Shown: in pieces, positions 10,746-21,120 of the stretch
How the letters are laid out: every line of letters begins with the position of its first letter
How positions within the stretch are numbered: the first letter of the stretch is position 1
DNA from: Opitutales bacterium
GTDB taxonomy: Bacteria; Verrucomicrobiota; Verrucomicrobiia; Opitutales; PNEW01
Reading direction: 5' to 3'
Assembly: GCA_965197745.1 (NCBI GenBank)
Contig: CBDANS010000005.1
Span: forward strand, 384,001 to 448,000
Length of the DNA stretch: 64,000 nucleotides
The notes under the pieces: model-generated
Told to the model about the DNA's origin: nothing
Database searches by the model: none
What the model saw: only the letters and a program-made list of their open reading frames with translations
Program-made: the position numbers and the translations under genes

Positions 10746-12557
10746 ATGGTAAATGTTTATCAACGAATAGTTTACTGGATCGATATAGGTCTGGGAAAAA
10801 AGATAACACAAGCTGTGGCCCTGGCTGCGATTACCGTTATTTATTCCTTTTATCACGGATACAAACGCTACAATGGCCCGGGACAGGAAGAAGTCATTGA
10901 AATGGCGGTTCTCGGCAAACAGCTTTCAGAGGGTAAGGGATTTTCAACCTCGGTGATTTACCCCCAAGCTGTAGCTTTGCTCGAGAGTAGAAAGAGCGAT
11001 TATGTTTATACAGCTGATGAACAGCACCCAGACTTATATCAAGCTCCATTATATCCCCTCATTCTTGCAGGAGGATTAAAAATAATGACACCAACAATGC
11101 GGGAAAAGATATGGAAAGATCCACTCAGCAAGGCCCGTGGTGTTTACCCGGCTTTTAACGGAGATTATTACCTTCTTGTTATAAATGTTATTATATTCTG
11201 GGTCGTTTGTCTACTTACCTACTTTTTAGGCCGTCTCATGTTTTCACCAATGGTAGGGTGGGTGGCCTATTTTGGCGTTTTATTCTCTTTAGGTCTTTGG
11301 GATAACATCCTTGCTGTATCTGGAGTGGTGGTGCTGATGGCATTGCTTTTAATATTATTTATCCTTTGGACCTATATTGAATATGCGCGAAGTGACGACT
11401 CACCCGAGCATTTGAAAAAATTTAAACCCTGGTTGTTTTCCTTAACAGGATTTATATTAGCACTACTTTTCCTGACTGAATACACGGCAGGATTAGTCGG
11501 CTTTATTTTTGCTGGTTATTGCCTGATCTTTTTTCGAGGGAGAAAAGAACTATTACGAACCCTGGGGCTAACCGTGCTGGTATTTACAATTATGATTTCG
11601 TGGTGGCTCTGGCGAAATACGGAATGGACGGGAAAACCCCTGACTCTTGCCGGCCAAAATATCAGCTTGCGATTAGGGGATCCAACCGCTGAGCCTGAAG
11701 AAGTAAAAAGGAAATTTGATCCTGAAATGCCACCATTGCGAATAAAAAAAGTCTTCAACAAAGGATTTAAGGGAATCGAAGATAATTTCAAAGAACTGAT
11801 TTGGAAAGGGGGAGGTTATATTTTCAGTGCTTTTTTTCTAGCTGGATGTCTCTATCGTTTCCGTCAGCGTTCAACGAACACGATGCGCTGGTGTGCCGTA
11901 TTGACCGTTGCTTCCCTGCTTCTGTTACAACCTTTCTTTAACAGTGGGCTTTCAATGAGACTACCCGCTTACTATACAACGCCACTAATCATTGTTTTTG
12001 GGTGTGGTTTTTTCCTCATCTTGCAGGAAAGTACTAAAAAGCGAAATCAATGGGAAAAACTGGGTATGATCGCCATTTTTTTAATCTTTCATAGCCTGCC
12101 TTTAGTTCATAATTTAAGTGAGCCCCGGAGGGTTCCATTTAAGTATCCTCCCTATATCCCATCGGTAATGGTTTACACGCGTACCGATTTAAAAACAAAA
12201 TTCCGACCGGGTTTTGGTTTTATGTCTGATATACCCGCGGGTCTTGCCTGGTATTCTCAGCAGAAAGTTTGGGCAAAACCTGACGACTACGGCAGTTTTG
12301 TAAATATATTTTTGCGACAGAATATCGGGGGGCTGCTACTCTCACCTGCAATACTCGACAAACCCTACTTCAGTAAACTCCTTCCCGCTAGTGCGGAATT
12401 GACGGGAGGGTTCGAGGAGACCCGTCACTGGGGTGATATCTATCGGGGTCTGGATCGTGGTAAACTTCCTGAATATTTCCCCTTGCGTATACCTTTTCAA
12501 TTAGCGGTTAATATGTTTGTTCTCATCAATCCACTCGCTACCCAGACTAACCGATGA
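10746..12557 (+). CDS. Polytopic membrane protein, probable GT-C (ArnT/PMT-like) glycosyltransferase
   Basis: Many TM segments, periplasmic loop with PLYPLILA, 'WLWRN' motif; directly upstream of polysaccharide export genes. Confidence 0.5.
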   Translation: MVNVYQRIVYWIDIGLGKKITQAVALAAITVIYSFYHGYKRYNGPGQEEVIEMAVLGKQLSEGKGFSTSVIYPQAVALLESRKSDYVYTADEQHPDLYQAPLYPLILAGGLKIMTPTMREKIWKDPLSKARGVYPAFNGDYYLLVINVIIFWVVCLLTYFLGRLMFSPMVGWVAYFGVLFSLGLWDNILAVSGVVVLMALLLILFILWTYIEYARSDDSPEHLKKFKPWLFSLTGFILALLFLTEYTAGLVGFIFAGYCLIFFRGRKELLRTLGLTVLVFTIMISWWLWRNTEWTGKPLTLAGQNISLRLGDPTAEPEEVKRKFDPEMPPLRIKKVFNKGFKGIEDNFKELIWKGGGYIFSAFFLAGCLYRFRQRSTNTMRWCAVLTVASLLLLQPFFNSGLSMRLPAYYTTPLIIVFGCGFFLILQESTKKRNQWEKLGMIAIFLIFHSLPLVHNLSEPRRVPFKYPPYIPSVMVYTRTDLKTKFRPGFGFMSDIPAGLAWYSQQKVWAKPDDYGSFVNIFLRQNIGGLLLSPAILDKPYFSKLLPASAELTGGFEETRHWGDIYRGLDRGKLPEYFPLRIPFQLAVNMFVLINPLATQTNR

Positions 12558-12638
12558 TTATTTGATTGACGCATCGTGCTGGTTTTTAAGTAAATCAACC
12601 AGAGCTACTAAATTTACCCTGAAACTGACTCGCCATTA

Positions 12639-13820
12639 ATGCATAAAGCGGTAACCCTCATATCTCTTTTTATAACCCCGTTATTATACGGCGTTTACGC
12701 TCCTATCCCGGAACAAGATTAAGGCACACCACTAACGATCAGTTTACAGGCTGGTGGTTTCTATGACTCCAATATTTTTGGGAATTTCGCGAATGAGATT
12801 GATAGCGGGGTCTTAAGTTTTGCTCCGCGTATTAAGTATAATGCATCACTTGCCGAGCAAACTTATCTATCCAGTTTTTACGATTTGGAAATTCTTTCTT
12901 ATGATAATCGTCCTTCCGATGATACTCTTATTAATAATATCCTGGGAATTAACGTCTATCATTCGTTTGCACCGAATATTAATTTCCAAATTGATGATAC
13001 CCTCTCACTCATTGACAACCCTGAATCATTACTCGTAGGCGTATTACAATCTAACCAGTCTTTAAATCAAAACCTATTCAATGTTCGTTTAAACGCCGAT
13101 TTCTCAGAAAAGCACGGTGCTGTTTTCAAGTATAGAAATACAAACTTTGCCTATGATGATAATGGTCTCGCTGAACTTCTGGATCGCAATCAGCACCTCA
13201 TTGGTGTTGAAGGAAATTTCAATCATACACCATTGATGACCTTTGTCGGAGAATTTCGTTATCAGGATATAAACTACGATCAGAGCGGCCTGGAAAAAAA
13301 CAGTGACTCGATTTTTTTTCTGGGAGGAATTAATTATAATCCCGATGAGAAGATAGATATAAGAGGAAGATTTGGAGTAGAGGATCGTGATCGAATTAGC
13401 AGTAGCGATAATACAAGTTTTTATGGTGAATTTACCGGCTCTTACCGTTATCAGGAGGAATCGTTTCTCTCCGCTGGTGTAACATATGATATACGCGAAA
13501 CTTCGAATCCTTTAAATTTCACTGACGACGAAGTTTTGAGTTTATTCATTAACGCTCAACACACTTTTAGCGGTGCCTTTACCATTTCCGGATCGGTATT
13601 ATATAATGCTTCAGAGTTGCTTCAGCGGGATCCGACAGCGGGGCCCAATGTCGAAGATGATACGGTTCGCGTTGGCTTTGGCTTAACCTATAAACCATCT
13701 GATAATTTAGCTATTATCATCGATTATGATTTTGATAATACCACCTCAGATGACCCGGTGCGCGAAGAAAACAGACACCGTGTCGGTATCAATTTCCGTT
13801 ATACTTTCGGATTATTTTAA
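12639..13820 (+). pseudogene. Outer-membrane beta-barrel (exopolysaccharide-associated) interrupted by in-frame TAA at 12720-12722
   Basis: ATG 12639 gives signal peptide MHKAVTLISLFITPLLYG-VYAPIPEQD*GTPLTISLQAGGFYDSNIFG..., in frame with the 12885 ORF; C-terminal ...INFRYTFGLF barrel signature. Confidence 0.75.
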
Positions 13821-13923
13821 TGGGGTTATTGAATTTTCCGGAATAGAGTTGATATTAATCGCAGCTGCGGGTCATGCTGGACCCGCTTTTCATTTAGGAT
13901 CTATAACCTAAAGCAATTAGAAT

Positions 13924-16104
13924 ATGAAAGATGCCAGTAGTTCATTGCCGGAAGGCCTTTCTTTGCCTGATTTGCTGAGAATGCTCAAGGCCAGAAAAAC
14001 GCTTATTGCGCTGATCCTGTCAATATGTTTCATCACCACCGTTATTATTACATGGAGTCAACCCAAGTGGTACAATTCGGTTGCCGGCATAAGAGTCGAG
14101 AAACCAGAAGGTGAGGTGGTATTATTCGGACAACAGACTACGGGAAATTTCGATCCCTATTTTATTCGGGAACAGGTTGAGATCATTCAGAGTAAAAAAG
14201 TACTCATGCCGGTAATTCGGAAATTTAAAATACAGGCATTACTCAGTGAACAGTTTGGTGGCGCCATCACCGAAGATGAATCTTATACATTTTTTTCAAA
14301 AAAAATGATCAACGTCGACTCACACTCGGGGACACCGCTTATTGATATTGGGGTGCTCGTGCAGGAAGATCCTGTTCTTGCTTCAATCCTTGCCAATGCT
14401 ATCGCCCAGGCGTATGCGGATGACCGAATTGAATTTGCGACTGCGGGCCAAACGGAAGCTATTCAAAAATTAAAAGAAGAATTGCAATTGCAGGAAAACG
14501 TAGTTTCAGAACAGAGAGATGACATCGAAAATTTACGTAAAGAACTGCAGATTTCTGGTGTTGGCATAAATTCCCAGACTATTCAACTCGACATCGAAAA
14601 CTTACGGCAACTGGAGCGCACTCTCATTGCTTTAAAAGTTGACGCGATTGCGCGCAAGACACGCTTTGAGCGGTTTAAAGCCGTTCCCTTGAATGAACGA
14701 TATAAGCTTGTTAATTCTGAACTCATCCCTGGCAGCAACATTCAGAACCTGATGCAGGCACATTTGATTGCCGATCAGAATTACACACAGATGAATAGAA
14801 GGCTGGGTGAAGCTCATCCCGATTTAATGGCCGCCGCTGAAAATATGGTTAAAATTAAGGATCAGCTGGACACTCTTCTACAGGGCTACGAAGAATCACT
14901 GGAGATTTCCTATTTTGAATCTCAAGCCCGTGTTTCTGAATTAGAAAAACAACTCGAGAGAGCCCGTCTCGATCAAATTTTTTCCGCCGAGAGCAAGGTG
15001 CGTCCCTTTGAAGAAGCAGTAACTAAACTCCGAGATGAAGAAAATTTATATAAAACCCTGAAAATTACCTTGAGGCAACGTGAAATCGATTTTCAGGTGC
15101 CCAAGCGTACCATTGAAATCCTTAATGAAGCGGTGCCTGCACGACGCCCGTCGAAACCCAATTGGATCGTCAATATAGGTTTGGCCTTAATATTTGGGAG
15201 TGTTCTCGGATTGGGGAGCGCGTTTCTCTTTGATTTTCTTGATACCAGTTTTCGTTCCATTGAAGACATGGAACGAACGCTGCAGTTACCGGTTCTGGGT
15301 GTAATCACGAAAAATCAACCGCTCGTAACTGCAGAAAACTACAATACCTTCGAAGCTGAACCCTATCGCGTTATACAGACGAATCTCGATTTGTCGGGAA
15401 GCGATGAAAAAAGCAATGTAATTATTGTCCAGTCAGCAGGTCCGGGTGAGGGAAAATCAACAACCATATACAATCTTGCCTCTGCAATGGCATATAGTGG
15501 ATTGAAAATTCTTTTAATTGATTCTGATCTTCATCGACCGGTTCAACATAACTTAATGGGAGCCCAACGTAATCCCGGGCTTATTGATATCTTAAAAGGT
15601 GAAAAAAAAGCAAAATCTATAATTCAAAAGACGAATGTTCCTAAACTGGATATAATAACTGCCAGCCATAGCGCCCATTTCACGCTTAGTGTGCTCCATG
15701 TAAAACCAATTCTTGCCTTACTCAAAGAATTTCGCACTCGCTATGATAAAATTTTTCTGGATTCACCCCCTATTATTGGAATTAGTGATGCTTCGGTCCT
15801 CGCCAGTGTCTGTGATGGCATTATTTTTGTCGTACAGCATAAGAGGACGACGACTTCCATGTCTCTGCGTGCTCAACAAATCCTTCAAAATGTTGAGGGG
15901 AGCATGCTTGGATTGATATTAAACCAAGTCCCGGACACGGGAGGGGAAGATTATAATTATTATACCAGTAATTATTCGTATTACAGCTCTTCTCAAAAGC
16001 AAAAGGAAGATGACACTAATAGGGGAACGGGAGTATCATCAGGAAACGAAAATGAATCATTTGAAATTGATGAAATTGGTAAAGGAAATACCCCTAAAGT
16101 TTAA
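13924..16104 (+). CDS. wzc: Polysaccharide co-polymerase / tyrosine autokinase (Wzc/GumC family)
   Basis: Two TM helices flanking a coiled-coil domain; Walker A GPGEGKST; LIDSDL; DSPP; Tyr-rich tail YNYYTSNYSYY. Confidence 0.9.
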   Translation: MKDASSSLPEGLSLPDLLRMLKARKTLIALILSICFITTVIITWSQPKWYNSVAGIRVEKPEGEVVLFGQQTTGNFDPYFIREQVEIIQSKKVLMPVIRKFKIQALLSEQFGGAITEDESYTFFSKKMINVDSHSGTPLIDIGVLVQEDPVLASILANAIAQAYADDRIEFATAGQTEAIQKLKEELQLQENVVSEQRDDIENLRKELQISGVGINSQTIQLDIENLRQLERTLIALKVDAIARKTRFERFKAVPLNERYKLVNSELIPGSNIQNLMQAHLIADQNYTQMNRRLGEAHPDLMAAAENMVKIKDQLDTLLQGYEESLEISYFESQARVSELEKQLERARLDQIFSAESKVRPFEEAVTKLRDEENLYKTLKITLRQREIDFQVPKRTIEILNEAVPARRPSKPNWIVNIGLALIFGSVLGLGSAFLFDFLDTSFRSIEDMERTLQLPVLGVITKNQPLVTAENYNTFEAEPYRVIQTNLDLSGSDEKSNVIIVQSAGPGEGKSTTIYNLASAMAYSGLKILLIDSDLHRPVQHNLMGAQRNPGLIDILKGEKKAKSIIQKTNVPKLDIITASHSAHFTLSVLHVKPILALLKEFRTRYDKIFLDSPPIIGISDASVLASVCDGIIFVVQHKRTTTSMSLRAQQILQNVEGSMLGLILNQVPDTGGEDYNYYTSNYSYYSSSQKQKEDDTNRGTGVSSGNENESFEIDEIGKGNTPKV

Positions 16105-16198
16105 ATCCAGTATTCTGGATTATTGAGTTCTTATGGGGTAGGGAGCGTTCATTGTTGACTTTAAAGTAAAAAACAAAATTTTTTAATTATTATTTGGT

Positions 16199-16274
<76 letters not shown>

Positions 16275-16284
16275 TTAAAAAAAA

Positions 16285-16971
16285 GTGAAAGCGAAAGAAC
16301 TTTTTGGGTTGCCGGAATCCCTGCCATTCGGGGATTTTTTTTTATCGGACAGCACTCCCTGGGAATGGGTTTTGAATATTAAATCCGCCTTGGCTGACTT
16401 TGATTTTAGGGCTCAGTCAATACGCCATGATTTCCCTCCAGGGGTGGCCATAAGCGGTCAGGTATTCATCCATCCCACGGTTAGGTTACCCCCCTATTGT
16501 GCCATTGAAGGCCCGGCTTACATCGGAGCGCATACTGAAGTTCGTGCGGGAACCTGTATTCGGGGTAATGTTATTGTCGGGTCGGATTGCGTGCTCGGTA
16601 ATTCATGTGAATATAAAAATTGTCTGCTTTTGGATCGCGTGGAAACCGCGCACTTTAACTATATCGGTGATTCTGTATTAGGCTCGGATGTCCACTTTGG
16701 AGCGGGAGCTATTTGCGCCAATTTACGCCTGTTACATGATCCCGTGCCGGTTGTCTTACCAGGTGGCAACCGCGTCACAAGTAATATGCGTAAGCTTGGC
16801 GCAATGGTGGGTGAACATGCTGAGGTTCTTTGTAACTGTGTTTTACAGCCCGGAGTGATAATGGGTAAGCGTGCTGTGGTTTTACCCGGTACTGTCTTCA
16901 GCGGTTATCTTGCTGAAAATTCGATTGCCCGTGTCACGCAGCAGATAAAAACGACCTTGAGAAGAGAGTGA
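16285..16971 (+). CDS. Hexapeptide-repeat (left-handed beta-helix) transferase, GlmU C-terminal-like
   Basis: IEGPAYIG, IRGNVIVG, AHFNYIGDSVLG, GAGAICANL, RKLGAMVG. Confidence 0.85.
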   Translation: MKAKELFGLPESLPFGDFFLSDSTPWEWVLNIKSALADFDFRAQSIRHDFPPGVAISGQVFIHPTVRLPPYCAIEGPAYIGAHTEVRAGTCIRGNVIVGSDCVLGNSCEYKNCLLLDRVETAHFNYIGDSVLGSDVHFGAGAICANLRLLHDPVPVVLPGGNRVTSNMRKLGAMVGEHAEVLCNCVLQPGVIMGKRAVVLPGTVFSGYLAENSIARVTQQIKTTLRRE

Positions 16972-16997
16972 GAATTATAGTTCACCCCTTTTTGAAT

Positions 16998-18743
16998 TTA
17001 AATTTCTTCATATATGGGTTCGCCTCGGTGCAATCTGATAGCGGTACGTGTCATTTGAGCTTCAGCTCTACGTGTCGGGCAATGAGCCGCTAAATGACGA
17101 GTGACTGCTACATAAATGTGTTCTGCCTGGGGGAGCCCTTCCCATAATTGGGCCTGGCGGACACCGGCTTCCAGACACTGTAATTTATGAAAATCAAGAT
17201 CCTCACGCAGGGTAGCCATGGCGAGGGTATCAATAAGTTGTTGATGTGGGTGGTTCAGACGTATATATCGGGCTACCAGGGAGGTTACAGTATCCCAGGA
17301 TTGCCGGCTGTTAAGGTATTCTAAAATAGATTCCAGTAACTCTTTGGGGTCGGCACTTAAGGATTCTAAATCATTGTTCTGTCCGGGTAATTTAGATTTC
17401 GGTATATTTAAAAATCGGTCAATATATACCGACATGGCACCGTGAATAATTGCTCGAATCGTATAACTGTTAGCCGAACGCAACAGTGACTGATAAACAG
17501 CGTTAGAGTAAGTGAAAGTGTGAAGGGGTCCAAACCAATCATTAATGTCATTTGATTCGGGGAAATGAGCCAACCGCATGGCAGCGGCATAAGCGACATA
17601 TTTGGCAACTTCCGTGGGTGCTACCCCGCGAGTGAAACATTCCTTGAGGGTCTTGAGAATTGCTAAAGGATCATCACCCAGTAAAATATCACTTAATGAG
17701 TTCGGCGCCATAGCTTTGCTCTTCCCGTTATATTCTGTTTTAATTAATGCATCTTCAGTTTCTTTAATGTGTGGAATGAGATCGATAGGGATTCGCCAGG
17801 CACTGCTTTCTTCCTCTCCGCGCGCCGAGCTTATTCCAGGGGTTAGCGTCGGCAGTATTTTCTCCGAATGTTCCCAACCGATGGCGTTCAGAAGTTCGAA
17901 TGCTTTATTGGCAAAATCATAAGTATGTCCTGTCGCAGAGTAAATGCGGTCTGTAATAGTGCCAAAGACGATATTATTAATCACTGCAGATTGAGGGAAG
18001 TCCTTTGCCGCAGTGAGCAAAGTGCGTTCAGCGCCATCGCGATGGCGCACCAATACCCAATGTTTGAGCCATCGATTAAGCTGTTCGGCTTCAACCCGTT
18101 TCCCATCCAGAGGACGTCGTTCTCGTCTTGATGGCATCCCTGCGCAGTTGGAGGCGAGTCGCCTTGAAGCGAGAGCGAGGGCGTAAATTCTGGTTTCCTT
18201 GCCGAGATAGGGCCAGAGATTGGCTACCGCGACCAGGGATGTCATTCCATCCTGCCAGTTTTCGTGATTGGCACTGCCATATAAAGCGATTTCGCTGATT
18301 ATTTTTCGATAATTCACTTTCCCCTCAAGAAGACCGATTATACTCTTCGCCTGAACGAGGGCGATGTTTTGCTCTAAGCCACGCTGCAGCCTTTTATTGA
18401 AATATTTTTTAGTCGGTTGTTCATTTGCTACTTTTGCAATATATATTTCATCATCAACGATCTTGACTTGGAAAGAAGGTACATCGTCAGCAAATAAATC
18501 AAAGGCACACCCGCTGTTTAAATCGAATCGTGCATGGTGCCAATGACAGGTGAGAATGCCATCATTGACCGTGCCTCTGTGAAGGGGAAATCCGAGATGT
18601 GGACAACGATTATCCACAGCTAGAACATTGCCATCATGCCAGAATAACGCCACCGGTCTGTCCTCACCCCGGACGACAAGCACTTCAGTTTTTTTCAGCT
18701 TTTTCAGCGAACTGACGTGAATATATTTTGAGCCATCAATCAT
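16998..18743 (-). CDS. Rieske [2Fe-2S] domain protein with long helical His-containing C-terminal region
   Basis: CPH(LG) and CHWH Rieske motifs in the first 80 aa; later GHTYDF, LHTFTY, DFHKLQ repeats. Confidence 0.85.
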   Translation of the reverse strand: MIDGSKYIHVSSLKKLKKTEVLVVRGEDRPVALFWHDGNVLAVDNRCPHLGFPLHRGTVNDGILTCHWHHARFDLNSGCAFDLFADDVPSFQVKIVDDEIYIAKVANEQPTKKYFNKRLQRGLEQNIALVQAKSIIGLLEGKVNYRKIISEIALYGSANHENWQDGMTSLVAVANLWPYLGKETRIYALALASRRLASNCAGMPSRRERRPLDGKRVEAEQLNRWLKHWVLVRHRDGAERTLLTAAKDFPQSAVINNIVFGTITDRIYSATGHTYDFANKAFELLNAIGWEHSEKILPTLTPGISSARGEEESSAWRIPIDLIPHIKETEDALIKTEYNGKSKAMAPNSLSDILLGDDPLAILKTLKECFTRGVAPTEVAKYVAYAAAMRLAHFPESNDINDWFGPLHTFTYSNAVYQSLLRSANSYTIRAIIHGAMSVYIDRFLNIPKSKLPGQNNDLESLSADPKELLESILEYLNSRQSWDTVTSLVARYIRLNHPHQQLIDTLAMATLREDLDFHKLQCLEAGVRQAQLWEGLPQAEHIYVAVTRHLAAHCPTRRAEAQMTRTAIRLHRGEPIYEEI

Positions 18744-18792
18744 TTATGCCCCCGTGGATGAGATTTTTAATATAATTAAATCCTTGTATATG

Positions 18793-18808
18793 TAAAGAAA
18801 TTTCTTTA
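18793..18808. promoter_or_regulatory. Perfect 16-bp palindrome TAAAGAAATTTCTTTA, candidate operator
   Basis: Lies in the 75-bp spacer between the divergent Rieske and regulator genes. Confidence 0.55.
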
Positions 18809-18818
18809 TTTATTTAAA

Positions 18819-19481
18819 ATGCCAAAATCAGTGAAATTGTCTATGCCGAAAATGCGGACTCGGCGTGCTATCCTTGAATTCCTTAAAAGAGACGGTCCTA
18901 CAGAAGCAATTACCATGGCTGAAACCTTAAATATATCCGCTATGGCTGTGCGTCAGCATCTCTATGAAATGCGCAATCAAAAGCTGGTCACATTTCAAGA
19001 GGATTCCAACGGGGTAGGGCGTCCCGCTAAGCAATGGAAATTAACCCTGGAAGCTGACAAGTTTTTCCCGAACGGTCATACTGACCTCGCCGTTAATCTT
19101 ATTAACGCAATTCGCACGAGCTTTGGCCAAAAAGGCATCGATAAACTTATAAAATTACGATCAAAAGATCAGATTTCAGATTACAATAATCGTATACCAG
19201 AGAATGCATCACTAATAAAGAAACTGGATCGTCTTGCGGAGATACGAACTGAGGAAGGCTATATGGCGGAAGTTCGAAAAGAAGGAGACAATTCTTTTTT
19301 GCTGATCGAGAATCACTGTCCTATTTGTAGCGCAGCAACCGCGTGTACTGGTCTTTGCGCAGCAGAACTCTCGGTGTTCCAATCAGTACTCGGAAAAAAT
19401 ACGGACATTGAACGAACTGAGCATATTACAACTGGATCGAGGCGGTGTGCCTATAGAATTAAAAATAAAAATAGATCGTGA
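18819..19481 (+). CDS. SufR-like wHTH transcriptional regulator with Cys cluster
   Basis: AVRQHL HTH, GRP, EGYMAE, NHCPIC...C...LC...E and terminal RRCAY. Confidence 0.85.
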   Translation: MPKSVKLSMPKMRTRRAILEFLKRDGPTEAITMAETLNISAMAVRQHLYEMRNQKLVTFQEDSNGVGRPAKQWKLTLEADKFFPNGHTDLAVNLINAIRTSFGQKGIDKLIKLRSKDQISDYNNRIPENASLIKKLDRLAEIRTEEGYMAEVRKEGDNSFLLIENHCPICSAATACTGLCAAELSVFQSVLGKNTDIERTEHITTGSRRCAYRIKNKNRS

Positions 19482-19535
19482 TATTGAACTTTTTAGTCCC
19501 TAAACCGATTTCAAGTAGATTGCCTTAGTAGGCAA

Positions 19536-20300
19536 CTAATCATTCAGTAGATCAATAACTTGCTGATGAAGGTGTGGGGTGGAAGCGACAATCGAAGCGC
19601 CTAGTACGGGGTCGCTTCCCTGCCAGTCGGTTATAATACCACCGGCACCCTGGATGATGGGGATTAACGCAAGGAGATCCCACGAATTCATAATTGGATC
19701 TACCATAATATCAGCATTACCGGTTGCGAGCAGCAGATAACCATAACAATCCCCCCAGGTATAGAGGGTGTTAACACTGCTCACTAATTTTTTCCAATTA
19801 TCGCCATCCTGGTGCTTTTCGGGATTAAGCAGATTACCACACAGGAGATCCGCTTTATGCAGGTCTTTTGTATCGCGCACCCGCACGGGTAGGTCATTGA
19901 GTTTAGCCATGGAATTGTTGCCAATAAGCAATTGATTAAGCAATGGTTGGTGTATGGCCCCGATGAGGGGCTGACCATTTTTGGAAAGACAGATTAGGGT
20001 TCCAAAAAGAGGGCAATCTCTCGCGAATGATTTAGTCCCGTCGATGGGATCAAGGGCCCAGACATATTCAGCATCAGCGTTCACCGTGCCTAATTCTTCA
20101 CCAATAATTCCATGTTCGGGAAACTCATTAGCAATGAGATTTCGCATAACCGCTTCAGCTTTGCGATCGGCTTCCGTGACTGGAGATTGATCACTTTTAA
20201 ATTCTACTTGTAGATCAGGATTGGCAAAATATTGAGTAATTATTGAACCACTTTCCCTGGCTAAGAGTTTTATAAACTTTATTATGTCATCATCTTTCAT
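19536..20300 (-). CDS. hisN: Histidinol-phosphatase, inositol monophosphatase family
   Basis: KSDQSPVTEAD, GEE, WALDPIDGTKSF, WGDCYGY, WDLLAL. Confidence 0.85.
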   Translation of the reverse strand: MKDDDIIKFIKLLARESGSIITQYFANPDLQVEFKSDQSPVTEADRKAEAVMRNLIANEFPEHGIIGEELGTVNADAEYVWALDPIDGTKSFARDCPLFGTLICLSKNGQPLIGAIHQPLLNQLLIGNNSMAKLNDLPVRVRDTKDLHKADLLCGNLLNPEKHQDGDNWKKLVSSVNTLYTWGDCYGYLLLATGNADIMVDPIMNSWDLLALIPIIQGAGGIITDWQGSDPVLGASIVASTPHLHQQVIDLLND

Positions 20301-20448
20301 TTTAGTTCACACCAATCTGACTGCGTTGAAGTTTGATTTTTAGATACCAATAATAAAATTTAATGGCAAGAAGCCATTGTCATGGGTAGATAAATATAAA
20401 ATACTGCTCGCCCTGCCTCGTTGAATACGGAAAGATGGAAAAATTAAG

Positions 20449-21105
20449 ATGCTTTGGACGGAAATGCCCATTCATTTTGTGGATTTTGAAGGGAGCCGCG
20501 ATTGCGGTATCATAGAATTTGGTGTCGCCACCCTTCTTCATGGTGAGATTACGGAGACACGAACCCGATTATGTAAAGCAAGTGCCGAGGTTCGTGCTAA
20601 AGAGTCACGCTTGCACGGAATTCAATATAGCGACACTCAGAACGAAAAGCCATTTTCTGAAGAATGGGATAATTTTACTCACCTGCGTAAAACAGGTCCC
20701 CTGGCCGCGCATCATGCGGCAACAGAAAATAATCTGATCAAAATGGCATGGCCATATCCTACCTATTCTCCGGATTTTTTGAATCCTGATCAGGAGATTG
20801 CCGAATGGGGTCCGTGGATTGATACCTGTGCCATTGCTTTTAAGTTATTTCCCCAACTGCAAAGTCACAAGCTGCAGGATTTAATTGATTTTTTCGGCTT
20901 ACAAAGTTCACTCCATAAGTTTACCAGGGTAAATTGTCCCCCCCGGCGATGTCATTACCATTGCGCTTTATTTGATGCCCTGGCTTCAGCAGTTTTGCTT
21001 ATCTATATTGGCAGTCTCACCGGTTTTGAGCATGTTACCATTTCATGGTTGCTCAACCAAAGTCGTTCTCGTTCGACTCATGCTGAACAAAAGGAGCTTT
21101 TCTAA
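20449..21105 (+). CDS. DEDDh 3'-5' exonuclease (DnaQ-like)
   Basis: VDFE (Exo I), AAH, WIDT, HCALFDA (Exo III). Confidence 0.85.
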   Translation: MLWTEMPIHFVDFEGSRDCGIIEFGVATLLHGEITETRTRLCKASAEVRAKESRLHGIQYSDTQNEKPFSEEWDNFTHLRKTGPLAAHHAATENNLIKMAWPYPTYSPDFLNPDQEIAEWGPWIDTCAIAFKLFPQLQSHKLQDLIDFFGLQSSLHKFTRVNCPPRRCHYHCALFDALASAVLLIYIGSLTGFEHVTISWLLNQSRSRSTHAEQKELF

Positions 21106-21120
21106 TTCTTGAAACGTTAA

